Origin: Octopus vulgaris
Lineage: Eukaryota
NCBI GenBank assembly: GCA_951406725.2
Contig: OX597828.1
Coordinates: forward strand, 16,120,001-16,184,000
Direction of reading: 5' to 3'
Length of the DNA: 64,000 nt
Part shown: one piece after another, positions 25,942 to 41,690 of the stretch
How the letters are laid out: each line of letters starts with the position of its first letter
Position numbering within the stretch: position 1 is the first letter of the stretch
Notes under the pieces: model-generated
Told to the model about the DNA's origin: nothing
The model's input: the letters and a program-made list of their open reading frames with translations, nothing else
Database searches by the model: none
Program-made: the position numbers and the translations under genes

Positions 25942-27124
25942 TTATGGTAACAATACTTAACCAGTATGTATTAAAATATGAAAAATATAAATTAATGAAC
26001 GGATTTATTGGAGGGAAAGGCCAGGTCAAGCGAAAATCAACTCTTGACTGCATTTCCTATTGCAGGGTGGATGGGTGGATGAGAGAATATCAATTCCTAC
26101 CCCAAAAGAAAAAAAGAATAAAAACAAGACAAAAACAGGAAAAACACTAAGGAACCTCTCCTCAAATTATGGAACAATAGACTGTTTAAAAAGGAAAATA
26201 TATAGCAAACCCTGACATCTATATTGTCTGCTCATCTGAAAGATAGCAAAGTCTTATCAGAAGAATAGAAATGGCGTGGGAGAAGGAAATGGATGTATTA
26301 TTGATGTACAGAATAGCTACTGGTAAACCGAGCAGTTATTAAATACAGCAGAAAGAGAAATAACCAAGAGAAATAAATATATATATAAAAAAACAGAAAG
26401 GAAACAAAATAATTCCATGCATGGTATGGATTGATTACTGGAAAAAAACTCTGACAGCATACCATAGTCTTCGATATTGAAGACAACAAAGAAGACCCAA
26501 TACCAAAGCACTATATCAATCATGCCATGTCAAATTGAATACATCAATAGCATTGTAACAATAAAGAGAAAATGATAAAAAATACCCAACCTTATTCTTA
26601 TGGGAAAAATGCATTCTCCATTGAAACTCCTTAAACTGTCCCCCACCTACCCTATTCTTCTGTCTAGCTTTGACTCCATTAAGAAATTTGCTGAATGAAT
26701 GCTTAAAATTGCTTAAAGCGTATAAAAAACTGCAAACCATCTTCAGTATATGGAAATTTTCAAATTACTCACCACAAAAGACAAGAGCAGCCGGTTGAAG
26801 AAGCTACTAAAAAATATGTTTGGTGTTGCTTTTTGCATTTAAGGATTCAGCATTGATATATCAACGTAATTAAGGAATTAGATGAATGTTCTAAAGTTAT
26901 CCTTAAAGGAAAGCTATTTAATTGAAAATCAAAATTATTAAATTAGACTTAGACACTGAATCAAATGATAAGGAACAGAGCTACCTTTCGAAACACTTAA
27001 CGGTAGATGAAACTGATGAGAAATAGAGAAATGGTGGAGAAGGGGAACGTTACAACTGTGAGTGCTATAACAAGGACCGGGCATGGAAGGAGTATTAATC
27101 TGAATCTTACTGCATACATGTCAT

Positions 27125-27128
27125 GTTA

Positions 27129-27213
<85 letters not shown>

Positions 27214-27248
27214 AAATAATAATGATGATGATGATGATGATGATGATG

Positions 27249-27300
<52 letters not shown>

Positions 27301-27314
27301 TGATGTTGTTGATG

Positions 27315-27356
<42 letters not shown>

Positions 27357-27447
27357 TGAAGAAGAAGAAGAAGAAGAAGAAGAAGAAGAAGAAGAAGAAG
27401 AAGAAGAAGAAGAAGAAGAAGAAGAAGAAGAAGAAGAAGAAGAAGAA
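27125..27447. repeat. Compound (TAA)n/(TGA)n/(GAA)n microsatellite
   Basis: Read directly. Confidence 0.95.
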
Positions 27448-29318
27448 GCCATGAACAAGGTGGCACCAATAATCATAAAATATATAAAACATTCCATGAA
27501 TAAATGGCAGACAGTGCTATAGCTCCAGACGAACGAGGGACTCATAAAAACCAAAGCCATCCCGATTACAAGATGTATATTCCAGGGAGACACGCTCTCT
27601 CCACTCCTTTTCTGCTTGGCACTGACACCTTTATCTGACATGCTAAACAGAACTGGATGTGGATGCAACTGTTACGGCAAAACAAACAGCCATCTCTCGT
27701 ATATGGTTGACCTAAAACTGTACGCTACAAATGATATACTGCTGGAAACATTACTACAGACAGTACATGGATTTACCAAAGAAATATACATGAAATTTAG
27801 CTTAGAAAGACGTGCCAAAGCAACCCTGAATAGAGGTTAACTAGTTAAGTGTAGTATCATCACATTAGATAAAGCAAATGAAATAAGAGAATTATACCAA
27901 AGCCAGACATACACATACTTAGGAATCAATGAATTAGATGCGATACGACACAAAGGAAAGAGAAAGAAAAAGGAATATTATAGAGGAGTCAGATTAATAC
28001 TAAAACAGCGCAATGCGAAAAGCAAGATGATAGGTATCAACACTCTAGCCGCCCCAGTTGTAAGTTAAAGCTACAATATTCTTAATTGAACTAATCAGAA
28101 TAGACAGGTAAACAAGAAAAATAATGACAGGATTTATGATGCACCACACAAAATCTGATATAGGAAGGCTATATATATATACAACGTATTGAAGATGGTA
28201 GAGGCCTTATACAGCGAGAAAACTATTACAAAATAACCACCATAGAACTACAGAAAAACCTACTTCAGAAGCAAGGAAAACTTATACAAATAGCTACAAA
28301 CACGAGCAAAACACAAAACTATTTTCAGTCTTTAAGGAACTGACAAATGCAAAAAAGAAGTCATAGTGTTTTATAACTATTAAGAAAAAGAAGAAACAGC
28401 AAAAGCTAACTGAAATCCAAACTAAAACTTGAACAGCAACGGATAATGATAAAACGATGGTATGAAAAGCCCCTTCATGGCATATATTGGGTTAAACTAA
28501 ATGCAAAAGAAATAGACAAAGTAAAATCGCAACAATGGCTGAGAAGCTCAGGACTCAAAGCAGAGACTGAAAGATTTTTTAACTGTAGCACAAGATCAAT
28601 GCCTTCCCACCAGAAATCACCAAAAACACGTAATGAAAAGAAATACAAGGAACTACAGAATATGTGGTGATGGGGAAGAAACAATAAATCATATTGTCTC
28701 TGGCTGCCCAGTTCTGGCTAAGAAGGAATATATTCACAGACATGACAGTGTTGGGAACTATACACACTGGAAGCTATGCCAACAATATGGAATAACAACA
28801 GAAAAGAGATGGTGTAAGCATATACCAGAAAAGGTCACAGAAAATGAGAAAGCAACCATACTCTGAGATATGCCACTACACACAGAGAAATTAAGGATTA
28901 TAGGCCGGATATAGTTGTCAGAGATGACCAAGAGAAAACAAAATGCTTTCTAATCGATGCATCAGTACCAACAGATGACAATATTTCTCTAAAAGAAACG
29001 AAGAAAATTTCAAAATGCAAAAATCTGGAAATAGAGGTAACTCGAATATGGAGCCTAAAAGCAGAAACAATTCTATCATACTGGGCGCATTAAGTATGAG
29101 GAAAAAAATTCAGACAAATACATAACAAAAACACCAGAACTTACAAGTATATATGACACAGAGAAAATAGCACTATTAGGCACGGCACACATCCTACGTA
29201 AAATACTTTCAATACAGTGGCAATAAGAGTACCGCAACAAACCACAGCACATACCCAAGGCACACAGAGCTGTAATCGGTAGTGCAGTAAAAGTACGTGA
29301 TAAAAAAAAGACTACTGA
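27448..29318 (+). mobile_element. Older degraded copy of the same R4/Dong-like LINE family
   Basis: Colinear with 23040-25185 (without the SINE); many stops and indels; ends actactg-(aat)n. Confidence 0.9.
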
Positions 29319-29384
29319 ATAATAATAATAATAATATTAATAATAATAATAATAATAATAATAGAAGAGTGCCATATCATGTGA

Positions 29385-29495
29385 AATTGGTTGCAACGTG
29401 AAATGTGTCTTGCTCAAGGTCACAACACGTCTCGGGAATTGAAATCACGACCTTACGATCGTCAGTCGAATACTCTAACCACTAAGCTACGCGCC
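29385..29495 (-). mobile_element. SINE family C head
   Basis: Minus strand aggcgcgtagcttagtggttagag...ccttgagcaagacac. Confidence 0.7.
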
Positions 29496-29544
29496 TACAC
29501 ACACATGTACACATATATAAATATGTATATGTGTGTGCATGCAA

Positions 29545-29589
<45 letters not shown>

Positions 29590-29678
29590 AATATATACAT
29601 ATATACACACACATACATACACGTACGTATTTGTATGTTTCTGTGTCAGTATATATAATACATCTGTATGTTTGTATT

Positions 29679-29720
<42 letters not shown>

Positions 29721-29769
29721 CATACATATCAGCATCTATCTATCTATCTATGTCTTCTTTCTAATGTAC

Positions 29770-29846
<77 letters not shown>

Positions 29847-29869
29847 CTACACATAGGACAGTGGGTGAC

Positions 29870-30420
29870 TAATTCAAACACAAAATTATTACAGCGGAAT
29901 CTAGACAAACGACAGTGGATTGTAGAAAAATATTTGGAAGTAAGCCAAGGAAAATTGATTAGTTTAATAAGGAAACCGGTAAAAAACTAATCATTTCTGT
30001 ATATATTAGAAATCAATAAAAAATACGTAAGATACTAATTACACCGGAGAAAAAAGGTTCAGGTAAGAACAATGCGAGAAAAAAGGCTGAAAATAATAGC
30101 TAATATCAAAGAGAAACATGAAAAGATACTAAAAAAAGGAAGAGAATATCTACATTGTGAGCGTCCGGTAAGACTGGGTAGAAAAGAAATAAGCCGATAG
30201 AAAAGCTAACAATGGCGCAAAAGCTCTCGAAAGCTCTGGACTAAAGTCTGAAACAAAAGGTCTGATTGTAGTTACACAAGATCAACGCATATATGCAGAC
30301 AAAAATATTTAAATATTACAATGAAACGAGAAAATTAACGTCAACTGCAGACAATGTAATGATAAGAAGCATCAAGAGACAATCGAGCAGATTATATCCG
30401 CCATCTTAGTCCTTGTGGTG
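29870..30420 (+). mobile_element. Degraded internal fragment of an RLE-type LINE
   Basis: SSGLKSETKGLIVVTQDQ and NCRQC...ETIEQIIS remnants. Confidence 0.65.
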
Positions 30421-30513
30421 GTAGGATACATATGCACGCTCCCACTCTGACGAGAGAGAAAGAGACACAGACACACACATACACACATGCACACGCTCAC
30501 GTGTGCCTAAATG

Positions 30514-30613
<100 letters not shown>

Positions 30614-30891
30614 TATATATATATATATATATATACATATATACATATACATACATGTCTACATACACACATTCACACACACAGACACATATATATAAAC
30701 CTACACATGCATATGCATGTGTAGGTGTATATACATGTATGTGCGCGCGTGGATGATTATATCTTTCAGCCAATACGGAAAGACTTCCATACATAAAAAT
30801 TAATGGCGTTTAACAAACACAAATATCGCTATGTCACAATGGCTCTGTGATCATGTCCGCGTGCGTGTATATACATACATACATACATACA

Positions 30892-30943
<52 letters not shown>

Positions 30944-30966
30944 TATTTATATATATATATATATAT

Positions 30967-31256
30967 AAAACGATATTTGTCGCGAGGAATGCAGATACAT
31001 ATAGGCATACATATATTTATATGTCTATATACATGATGTCTCAGGGTGTATATATGTTGTCTCTCTCTCTCTCTATATATATATATAAGCATATGTATAT
31101 ATATATATATTTATATATATATATATATATATAAAACGATATTTGTCGCGAGGAATGCAGATACATATAGGCATACATATATTTATATGTCTATATACAT
31201 GATGTCTCAGGGTGTATATATGTTGTCTCTCTCTCTCTCTATATATATATATAAGC

Positions 31257-31290
<34 letters not shown>
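30967..31290. repeat. Near-perfect ~166-bp tandem duplication
   Basis: aaaacgatatttgtcgcgaggaatgc... at 30967 and 31133. Confidence 0.9.
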
Positions 31291-31330
<40 letters not shown>

Positions 31331-31358
31331 GTATATATATATATGTGTGTATATATAT

Positions 31359-31398
<40 letters not shown>

Positions 31399-32078
31399 TA
31401 TGTATGCATATATATACATATATATGTATGTATATATGCACCCAATATACTGAGACATAATTCTTCAGACTGACGAGAAGATCAAAGAGAACTATACACA
31501 CAAATATCACATATATATTAATCAAAGGCGTAAAGAAAAATATCTGCCCTTTAATAGACATTTTGATGCCTCCCGAAAAGAAGAAGAAAAAAACAGAACT
31601 GCAAAACCCTTTCAAAGGACAAAGATCCCAAATAAAAATAATCAAGGTGCAAGAAGCAAAGTGTAAGGTGTAAGATAAGCGAGGAGAACCTATAACAATA
31701 GTAAATAGATATATTGAAAAAGTTAAAACAGAATAAGAGTTTGGTCGTAGAGACAACAGGCTCCCTGTTCTGAACAGAATTCAATGATAGGCCTATTGTA
31801 TTTAAAACACATATTCTACGCAAGACGCGTTTAATTCAGCAACGCAGCTCAGAAAGTACATATTCTAAACAATACAACAAATCAGAGAAACACTGCGAAA
31901 AAAAATTGTTTTTTATAAACATGATTTCTAAAAAATATAGCAGAAAAAGAAAAACGAAAAGCAACGCAAAAATAACCATGAAGAAGCCAAATTGAATATG
32001 GAAAGAAAACGACGGAAAAAATCCCCTCAGAACACAATACATTAGATGTAAACAATAACAATTTTATAATATCTCTAA

Positions 32079-32079
<1 letters not shown>

Positions 32080-32155
<76 letters not shown>

Positions 32156-32178
32156 TAATAATAATGATAATAATAATG

Positions 32179-32224
<46 letters not shown>

Positions 32225-32330
32225 TGATGATAATAATAATAATAATAATAGTAATAATAATGATAATAATAATAATAATAGTAATCAAAATAATCGTAAT
32301 AGTAATAATAATAACAATAGTAATAATAAT

Positions 32331-32391
<61 letters not shown>

Positions 32392-32395
32392 GTAA
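32080..32395. repeat. (TAA)n microsatellite
   Basis: Read directly. Confidence 0.95.
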
Positions 32396-32507
32396 TGCAC
32401 ACATCTGGAAAACAAAGTGGAACACCCTGGTGATGCAATGTAAAACTTGTATAAATATATTGAAGCACAATAATTATTCACAGCTTTTTCCAACTGGTTA
32501 CCATACC

Positions 32508-32571
<64 letters not shown>

Positions 32572-32574
<3 letters not shown>

Positions 32575-33113
32575 CAGTTCCAGGCTGTGGTTCTCATGGC
32601 TTCTGATATTAACTGATTGAAAGTGTTATCATGTTACCATGTACATTGTTTTGCCTTGGTATAAAAGCTGGGCTACAGTAAATATTCTGCTCAACATTAC
32701 AGATTTGCCTGTCAGTTGTTTGACCTTAATCAGTTGAGCATGTCCCTTGGTGGCTGACGATATGTGCATCTCTGAAGTAGTGGGAGAGCATCATAACCAT
32801 ATGTTGAGAAGAATTCTTTGGGGTTTGGTTAATTCACCTGTGGAAACATTGGTGTTTCGTTCATCATTCTTAAACAAACCTTATTCAGGGACCTTTTGAG
32901 TGGGATGGGATACTCAAACTGAAGAAAATCTCAACTGGGCTGCAAGGTTATGTGCTGTTTATCTTGATATATAAGATCAGCATGTTGCGCATATATAGTT
33001 GTGATGCATGTGCCTGGGGTACCCTTATCAGATGGGAAGTCATGATGGGTATACTGGGTTTCATAAATTTTTACCCCAGTGTTATTTTGATGGCATGCAC
33101 TATTTTCTCACTC
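32572..33113 (+). mobile_element. ~550-bp (TAA)n-associated element, full length
   Basis: Starts atgcagttccaggctgtgg right after (TAA)n; colinear with 63065-63612. Confidence 0.9.
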
Positions 33114-33359
33114 AACAAAAATAACAGCAACAATAACAACAACAACAACAACACCAATATTTTAAGAAGATTGACGTAACTTTCCATAATGGTGGTAAAC
33201 AGACAAGACGAAGAGCGCGATTGGTTGAACGATATTTCGACAGAAATTTTGTCTTTGTCGAGTTGCAAATAAGAAGTGATAAAAATTCAAAATTACAGAT
33301 ATGAACGAGAGCAGCAGCAGCAGCAACAACAACAACAGCAATAATAATGATAATTATAA

Positions 33360-34328
33360 TTGGACGTGGTTTGATAAGCGCACGGGAGTTGATAGTGTTA
33401 AGTAATTCCGATCGCGGATAGCCAACGAAAGAGAAGAAATACTACACCTCATGGCATTTCATGGTCAGTATCACCGCGAAACTAACCACTTCAAAGATCA
33501 AGAAGCATCATGGATGTAGCTCAACAAAAGTAACCTTAAAAAGAGCACTAAAAGCTTCATTATTGCTGTCCCGGACCAGGCATTGAATATGAACTCTGTG
33601 GAAAGGGATATATGCGACACAAGTGCAACGAACCTCGGCTGAATGCGTGGGAAGAAGGTCAAAAGCATGACTCACATCATTAGGGCATGTGAAACTCTTG
33701 CACAGAAGGAGTACAAGCGGCGACAGGACAAAGTAGCCCTAAATGTTTTGAGGATACTCTGCTCTGAAGTATGGATACGAGGTAACGGGTGCTTGGTACG
33801 AACATACGCCGGAAAAGGTAATGGACGAAAACGGAAGAGCAAAGATCCTCTTGAACTTCGACTTCCAGGCAGACATAACGTTAGAGCACTGAAGACTTGG
33901 TATAGTAGCACCGAAGGCCGGGTACAGGCAAGAGCGTCTTGCCGAGTACAAGCAAGTGTGTCCAATAATCGACGTGGCCGTGCCAGGAGATTAACATATT
34001 GTCATGAAAGAAAGACATAGGTTTACAAATATGAAGATCTGGAAACTGAGAACACCAAGATGTGGCACCTGAGAGAGCCAAACGTAAACATTGTTCCTGT
34101 TATCATCAGAGCATTGGGTTCAATACCACCCAACCTGAATAAATACCTGGGCACTTCAGAAATATTCTGCAACCTTGGTGTATTGCAAAAGCCGGCTTTA
34201 CTTGGGACCGCACGTCCATTGCGTTAAGTACAGTCTGTCTGAGGTATTTGTTGTAACTTTGTAAAGACAGCAAAAATTCCGTTATACACAATATCTTCAA
34301 TCTACAACCAAACAGTATAGCATACTTC
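33360..34328 (+). mobile_element. Degraded 3' half of another RLE-type LINE family
   Basis: LKKSTKSFIIAVPDQAL and HIIRACETLAQKEYKRRQDKVA remnants; followed by (TAA)n. Confidence 0.75.
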
Positions 34329-34393
<65 letters not shown>

Positions 34394-34436
34394 TGAAGAC
34401 GATGATGGTCTTGTGCCTATAGTAGAAAAGGGTTAT

Positions 34437-34940
34437 TAAGGCGGCGAGTTTGTTAAATCCTTAGCAAGCTGGACAAAAATCTCGGCAACATTTCGTTGAA
34501 CTTTACGCCCTGACTTCTAATTCTGCCCCAGGGAGCTTTGCCTTTTATCTTTTAGGGTGTCGATGAAATAAATACCAGTCATCCACTGGGGTCGATGTAA
34601 TCGATTTATCCTTTCCACCAAAATTGCTGGCCTTGTGCCGAAATTGGAAACTTATTATTTCTCGAAACCCTCGTTTTTCAACCTTTCGGTGTCGATAGAT
34701 TAAAGTACAAGGGAAAAACTGTGGTCGATGTAATCGATTGTTCTCTTGCACCAAATTTGAGACATTTGTCTCTTCCCAAGAAATCATTTCCTGCGCGTTG
34801 GATTCGCAGAATTGTTTTTTTTCCCTGCTTCTTACATTCCTGAAAATCCAATTTCTGCCGAAAACAAATTTGCTTCTCATCTCCTTAGATTCGATAAAGT
34901 ACAATATTGACCAAGCTACTGGGGACAATTTAACTAGCAA
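34437..34940 (+). mobile_element. SINE family D copy plus partial tandem fragments
   Basis: ggcggcgag head at 34440; repeated gtcgat...aagtac...gatgtaatcga segments. Confidence 0.6.
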
Positions 34941-35409
34941 TTTTTCCTCCTCCTACCTGTCCTCGTCGTCATTGTGGTGGTGGTGGTCGTCGTCGTCGTC
35001 ATTGTCACCCTGTCCCTCCCCTCCTCTTCCTCTTCTTCCTCTCGCTTCTCCTCCTCTCCTTCCTCTCCTTCCTCCTCCTCCAGTTTGGGCCTGATTTGCA
35101 GCAGTTTTTCTAAGGCGGTGTATTTAGAGGATCGTTAGTGAATTCTGAGAAATAACTTGCGGTTTTCTTCCCTTTTTCTCTCTCTCTTTTTTTGTGTGTG
35201 TGTGTATTCCTGGGTTCAAATTCCATCGAAGTCAACTTTGCTTTTCGTCGTTTCGGTCGCCTTTGGCAAAATACATCGTACAAGTTAAGTACTAGGGTCT
35301 ATATAATCTACGAATCTCCTCATCAGTGAGGTGCTGCCATCTAGTATCTAAGGGTGGACGAGAGTATTTTATTCTTCTGAAAATGGCTGCCCTGATCCCT
35401 CTTGCTAGA

Positions 35410-35955
35410 AACAATTATTATTGGCTGTGGCAAAAGAGATGGTGTGGCAGACCTGTCTGAAAGATTTGAAGATAGGCACTTTCCTATCTGGTCAAGATCT
35501 CATCAATTTCTTCAAATATGATTTGAAAAGGAAGGTGAGGGTAGAGACGGAGGTGCGGCCCTCTAGTGTGTGTATCAAAAGGTAGACGAGAGCAGTAAGA
35601 CTGGTGAGGCTGAATGGATCTACTCTGAGTATGCTTTTCTAAGTAGGAGATAAGAAACTGACTGGAAGATAGCACTTCCTATGCTTTGGAGATGGCAGAG
35701 TAACCCGGGAGGTTTTGTGTGGATTTCTCCCTCCACCTCCGCGAATTACGATAAGTGAACTATTCTCCTATTGGGGATTCTGTTTATTAATTAATAATTT
35801 AAATGCCTATTTATATAATCTTTTATTACATCCTTTACTGTTGAAGTGTCTCCCTTTCATCGCTGTAAACCCCCATACGTTTTGTGTTTTCTGTTGTATC
35901 TCGTCCTTTGATATTGTCTTCTAAGTCTTGGAACCTTGTGGCCAATAAATGAAAT
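35410..35955 (+). mobile_element. 3' end of an L1/Tx1-like LINE
   Basis: My translation LLAVAKEMVWQTCLKDLKIGTFLSGQDLINFFKYDLKRKVRVE resembles the AK..W C-terminus of Tx1-type ORF2; the 3' UTR ends in aataaa. Confidence 0.55.
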
Positions 35956-36016
35956 CACCATCATCGTCGTCGTCATCATCATCATCGTCACCATCATCAT
36001 TTCATTATTATTATAA

Positions 36017-36073
<57 letters not shown>

Positions 36074-36615
36074 GAGTGAGAGAGCAGTGCATGCCATCAA
36101 AGTGACACTGGGGTAAAATATACGAAGCCCAGTATACCCATCATGACTACCCGTCTGATAAGGGTACACCAGGCACATGCATCACAACCATATGTGCGCG
36201 ATATGGTGATCTCATATGAAGATAAACAGCACATGACCTTGCAGGTGGGGCCCAGATAGAATTTTCTTCTGGTCGAGTAACCCATCCCACTCAAAAGGTC
36301 CTTGAATAAGGGTTATTTAAGGATGTTAAATGAAACACCCATGTTTCCAGAGGTGAATCATTTAAACCTCAAATAATCCCTCTCAGCACATGGCTATGAT
36401 GCTCCCCCACTACTTCTGCTTGTCATCAGAGATGCACATATCGTCAGCCACTAAGAGACATGCTCAACTGGTTAAGGTCAAACAACTGACAAGCAAATAT
36501 ATGGTATTGCGCAGAACATTTGCTGTAGCCCATCTTTTATACCAAGACAAAACAATGTACATAACATTTCCAATCAGTTAAGATCAGAAGACATGAGAGC
36601 CACTGCCTGGTACAT
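36074..36615 (-). mobile_element. ~550-bp (TAA)n-associated element, full length
   Basis: Reverse complement of 63065-63612; (TTA)n on both sides. Confidence 0.92.
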
Positions 36616-36645
36616 TATTATTATTATTATTATCATTATTATTAC

Positions 36646-36703
<58 letters not shown>

Positions 36704-36967
36704 GAGTGAGAGAGTAGTGCATGCCATCAAAGTGACACTAGGGTGAAATATACGAAGCCCAGTATATTTATCATGACTATGTGTCTGATAAGGGTACACT
36801 AGGCACATGAATCACAACACTATGTGCACGTTGTCATCTGTTGGTATTGATACATCAATTAGAAAGCAATTTTTTTATTCATGATCTCTGACAACTATAT
36901 CTGGCCTATTTCCTTTAATTTTTCTGTCTGTGTGTAGTGGCATATCCCATAGTATTGTTGCTTTCCC
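36704..36967 (-). mobile_element. Chimera of a Dong-like RLE fragment and the 3' end of the 550-bp element
   Basis: 36830-36967 matches the LINE at 24465-24586/24834-24849; 36704-36830 matches 63486-63612. Confidence 0.85.
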
Positions 36968-36983
36968 ATCATCATCATCATCA

Positions 36984-37054
<71 letters not shown>

Positions 37055-37063
37055 TTATTATTA

Positions 37064-37277
37064 AGGCGGCGAGTTGGCAAAAATGTTAGCACGCCAGGAA
37101 AAGTGTTTAGTGGCATTTCGTCCGTATCTTTACGTTGTAAGTTCAATTTCCGCCAAGATCGACTTTGCCTTTCATCCTTCCGGGATCGATAAATTAAGTA
37201 CCAGTTGCGTACTGGCGTCGATCAAATCGAATTATCCCTCCCACAAAATTTCAGACCTAGTTCCTACAATAGAAAAG

Positions 37278-37278
<1 letters not shown>
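37064..37278 (+). mobile_element. SINE family D with (ATT)n tail
   Basis: ggcggcgagttggca...tagaaaagattattatt. Confidence 0.85.
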
Positions 37279-37342
<64 letters not shown>

Positions 37343-37413
37343 TATCATTATTATTATTATTATTATCATCATTATTATTGTTATTGTTGTTGTTGTTGTT
37401 GTTGTTATCATTA

Positions 37414-37627
37414 AGGCGGCCAGCTGGCAGAAACGGTAGCACGCCAGGCGACGTGTTCAGCGGCATTTCGTCCGTGTCTTTACGTTGTAATTTCAAATTC
37501 CGCCGAGGTCGACTTTGCCTTTCATCCTTTCCAGGTCGATAAATTAAGTACCAGTCAAGTACTTGGGTCGATTTCGCCGACTTAACCCCTCACCCCAAAT
37601 TTCTGCCCTTGTGGCAAAATTTGAAAC

Positions 37628-37628
<1 letters not shown>
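37414..37628 (+). mobile_element. SINE family D with (ATT)n tail
   Basis: Same head and central domain as 37064. Confidence 0.85.
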
Positions 37629-37667
<39 letters not shown>

Positions 37668-37986
37668 GTTGTTGTTTCAACTTGACCATTGACACTCTAC
37701 TTCACCGTATCTCCTAAACTCATTTATTGTTCAGTTCTAATAGGCGCTGGGGTTGGAGGACTTGGATTAGATTTGTAGTTCTTGTTCTATACAGTTATTT
37801 ATTTATTTTTTTCCTCTTTTACTAACACACCACCTCAAATCAAATCAACTGCTGAAACAAATGCATCTCAAATACACAGACACACACATACACACACACA
37901 CACACACGCACACACAGATGCACACATACACATACACACACACACACACATTTTCTCTCTCTCTCTCACACACACATCTTTCTCTT

Positions 37987-38017
<31 letters not shown>

Positions 38018-38122
38018 GTGTGTCTGTGTGCGCGTGTGTGTTTATGTATGTATGTACATACAATATTGCTATATTTATATATATATATTTTTACATGTAT
38101 ATACTAATGGTATCTTAGATGC

Positions 38123-38153
<31 letters not shown>

Positions 38154-38324
38154 ACACGCAAACACATATATGTACAAACCCATATAAACATATAACTGTT
38201 CATATATGCGTATATGGTGTGCATAAAAACAGATGTATAGATATATGTATACATACACACGTTTATACACACATAGATATACATGTATATATATATATAT
38301 ATATTCATATATATTCATTTATAC

Positions 38325-38379
<55 letters not shown>

Positions 38380-39049
38380 TTATCTATATATATATGCATT
38401 ATCTATATGTATGCATTATCTATATGTGCATATGTAGTATGTTTGTATATGCAGCGTATTTATTTACAAGTTTCACATTTATATGGTAGAAGAGAAACGA
38501 GATGTGACAATAGAAGCTGTTACAGTTATTGGTTAGATAGACGCTGTTGTCAGATCGCCATTAATAATATTAGCGTCTATGTAAAATATATGAATGAGGT
38601 TGTCTCACAAGCATCGTAGCTGTCCGAGTAGGTACGATGGTGGTTTATTAGTGGAAGGGGCTGTTAGTTCCTAACCTCCGTCGACACTGTGTTGATCATA
38701 CGGGCGAAACATTGAACTCTCGATGGCGGCGGCTTATGTGTAAGTGCATATCACTACTCGGCTGGAAATAACAAAAATGAAAGTATACATAAGTAATATA
38801 TATATATATATACATATACATACATATACGTGTGTGTGTGTGTTTCTGTGCGTATAATGAAGTAAAACAGGTATAGATTTAACCCATTGCCGGCCTCTGT
38901 AGTATCCAAAAAGAAACTAGAAAAATGTTTTAATTGCTTCTTTCCCTATATTTAATATAAAGCGTATGCTCGATACTAAAATGGATATCTTCTCAAGTCT
39001 CTCTCTCTCTCTCCATGTATATATATACATGCATAAATACATACATACC

Positions 39050-39830
39050 TCCCAGTTTAAACAATATGTGTTTGCAATCCAAGAAGAGGAAAATACCAAC
39101 CAAATACCTTATACATAAAAGGGTAGAGATGCAGGAAAAGCAGTAAAATGTGACAACCGATGCAGACTTTGTGAAGTTAACACCGAAAATGTCACATACA
39201 TCATAAGCAGTTGTCCGAAAATGTTATCACGGTATTGTCTACCGATTAGACATGATGTTGTAGCTAGGATGCTGTATAACGAGATCCGTCGAAAGGATAA
39301 TCCCAAGGACAAAGGAAGATGAACCCACAGTATGGTAGAAGCCATAGCCATTCATAATAAAAAGGAGTACAGGTGGAATGTCCCAGTGAAAACCTCAATA
39401 AAATGTGAGCACCACATAACTGATATAAGGATTTGGAAAAGAGAAGAGAAACTGTGTACAGTTGTGGAAATCAAACGTCCAGCGGGTGTTAACATAAAGC
39501 TGAAGATCAGTAAGAAAGAGAACACCTATGCTGAACTATTGAGAAATACGCTGTTACTCTATCCAGATGACAAGTTCAGGTTTATACCCGTAATTATTGG
39601 GGCACTGGGATATGTAGCACATTGCCAATCTTGAGTAATTAGGCTGCTCAAAACCAAAAAGGGGAAGGCCTATTCGAAGACTACAAATCCAAGCCATCAT
39701 TGGAACTGTAACAATCTGTAAAACTTACCAGAAGTTTATCATTTAATTATATATGAGTATTTTTAGATATGCAACTCTATGCATGATAATACATACATAA
39801 AACAAAACATACAAATCTGCATGCATACAA
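39050..39830 (+). mobile_element. 3' fragment of a distinct RLE-type LINE, flanked by (CATA)n
   Basis: CRLC...IISSC, RHDVVA and TDIRIW...VEI...FIPVIIGALG remnants. Confidence 0.75.
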
Positions 39831-39874
39831 ACATACATACATACATACATACATACATACATACAAAATAACGA

Positions 39875-40015
39875 TTTCTAATTTTGGCACACAATTTTGG
39901 CGGAGGGTGTAAGTCCATTGCATTGACCCCAATGTTAAACTGGCACTTATTTCAACCCTCCATGTACATATGTAGAAATGTGTATAAGTCGATGTTGGTG
40001 GAGTTTGAACTCAAA
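39875..40015 (-). mobile_element. Degenerate SINE family D
   Basis: Partial match (cattgacccc...ctggcacttattt...ggagtttgaactc). Confidence 0.5.
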
Positions 40016-40293
40016 AAGTGTAGACAGCCGTGAAATGGAACCGAACCCGAAACAACGCGCGTGCAAACCGAACTTCTTAACCAAACGGCCATACCTGAAC
40101 TTGCAAAATACTAGCTCACTCTTCTTATGATTCTCACCTTATGTACCCATCTCTTCCTTCATCTCCACACTGTATTAACGACTTTATCCAATCGTTATTC
40201 ACCAGAACGCCATGCCACTGAAATATACTCCTCAACTCGGTATTGAAACTAAACATAGACCTAACTGGATTCAGCAGAAGATATGCTGGTGTG

Positions 40294-41690
<1,397 letters not shown>

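Noticed and set aside
26100-27100. A-rich tracts resembling decayed LINE coding sequence (also 31450-32075)
   Set aside because: No recognisable motif could be translated; a translated search is needed.
38545-38585. Hairpin atagacgct/agcgtctat as a pre-miRNA (also 1684-1710)
   Set aside because: Stems are only about 9 bp, too short, with no recognisable mature miRNA.
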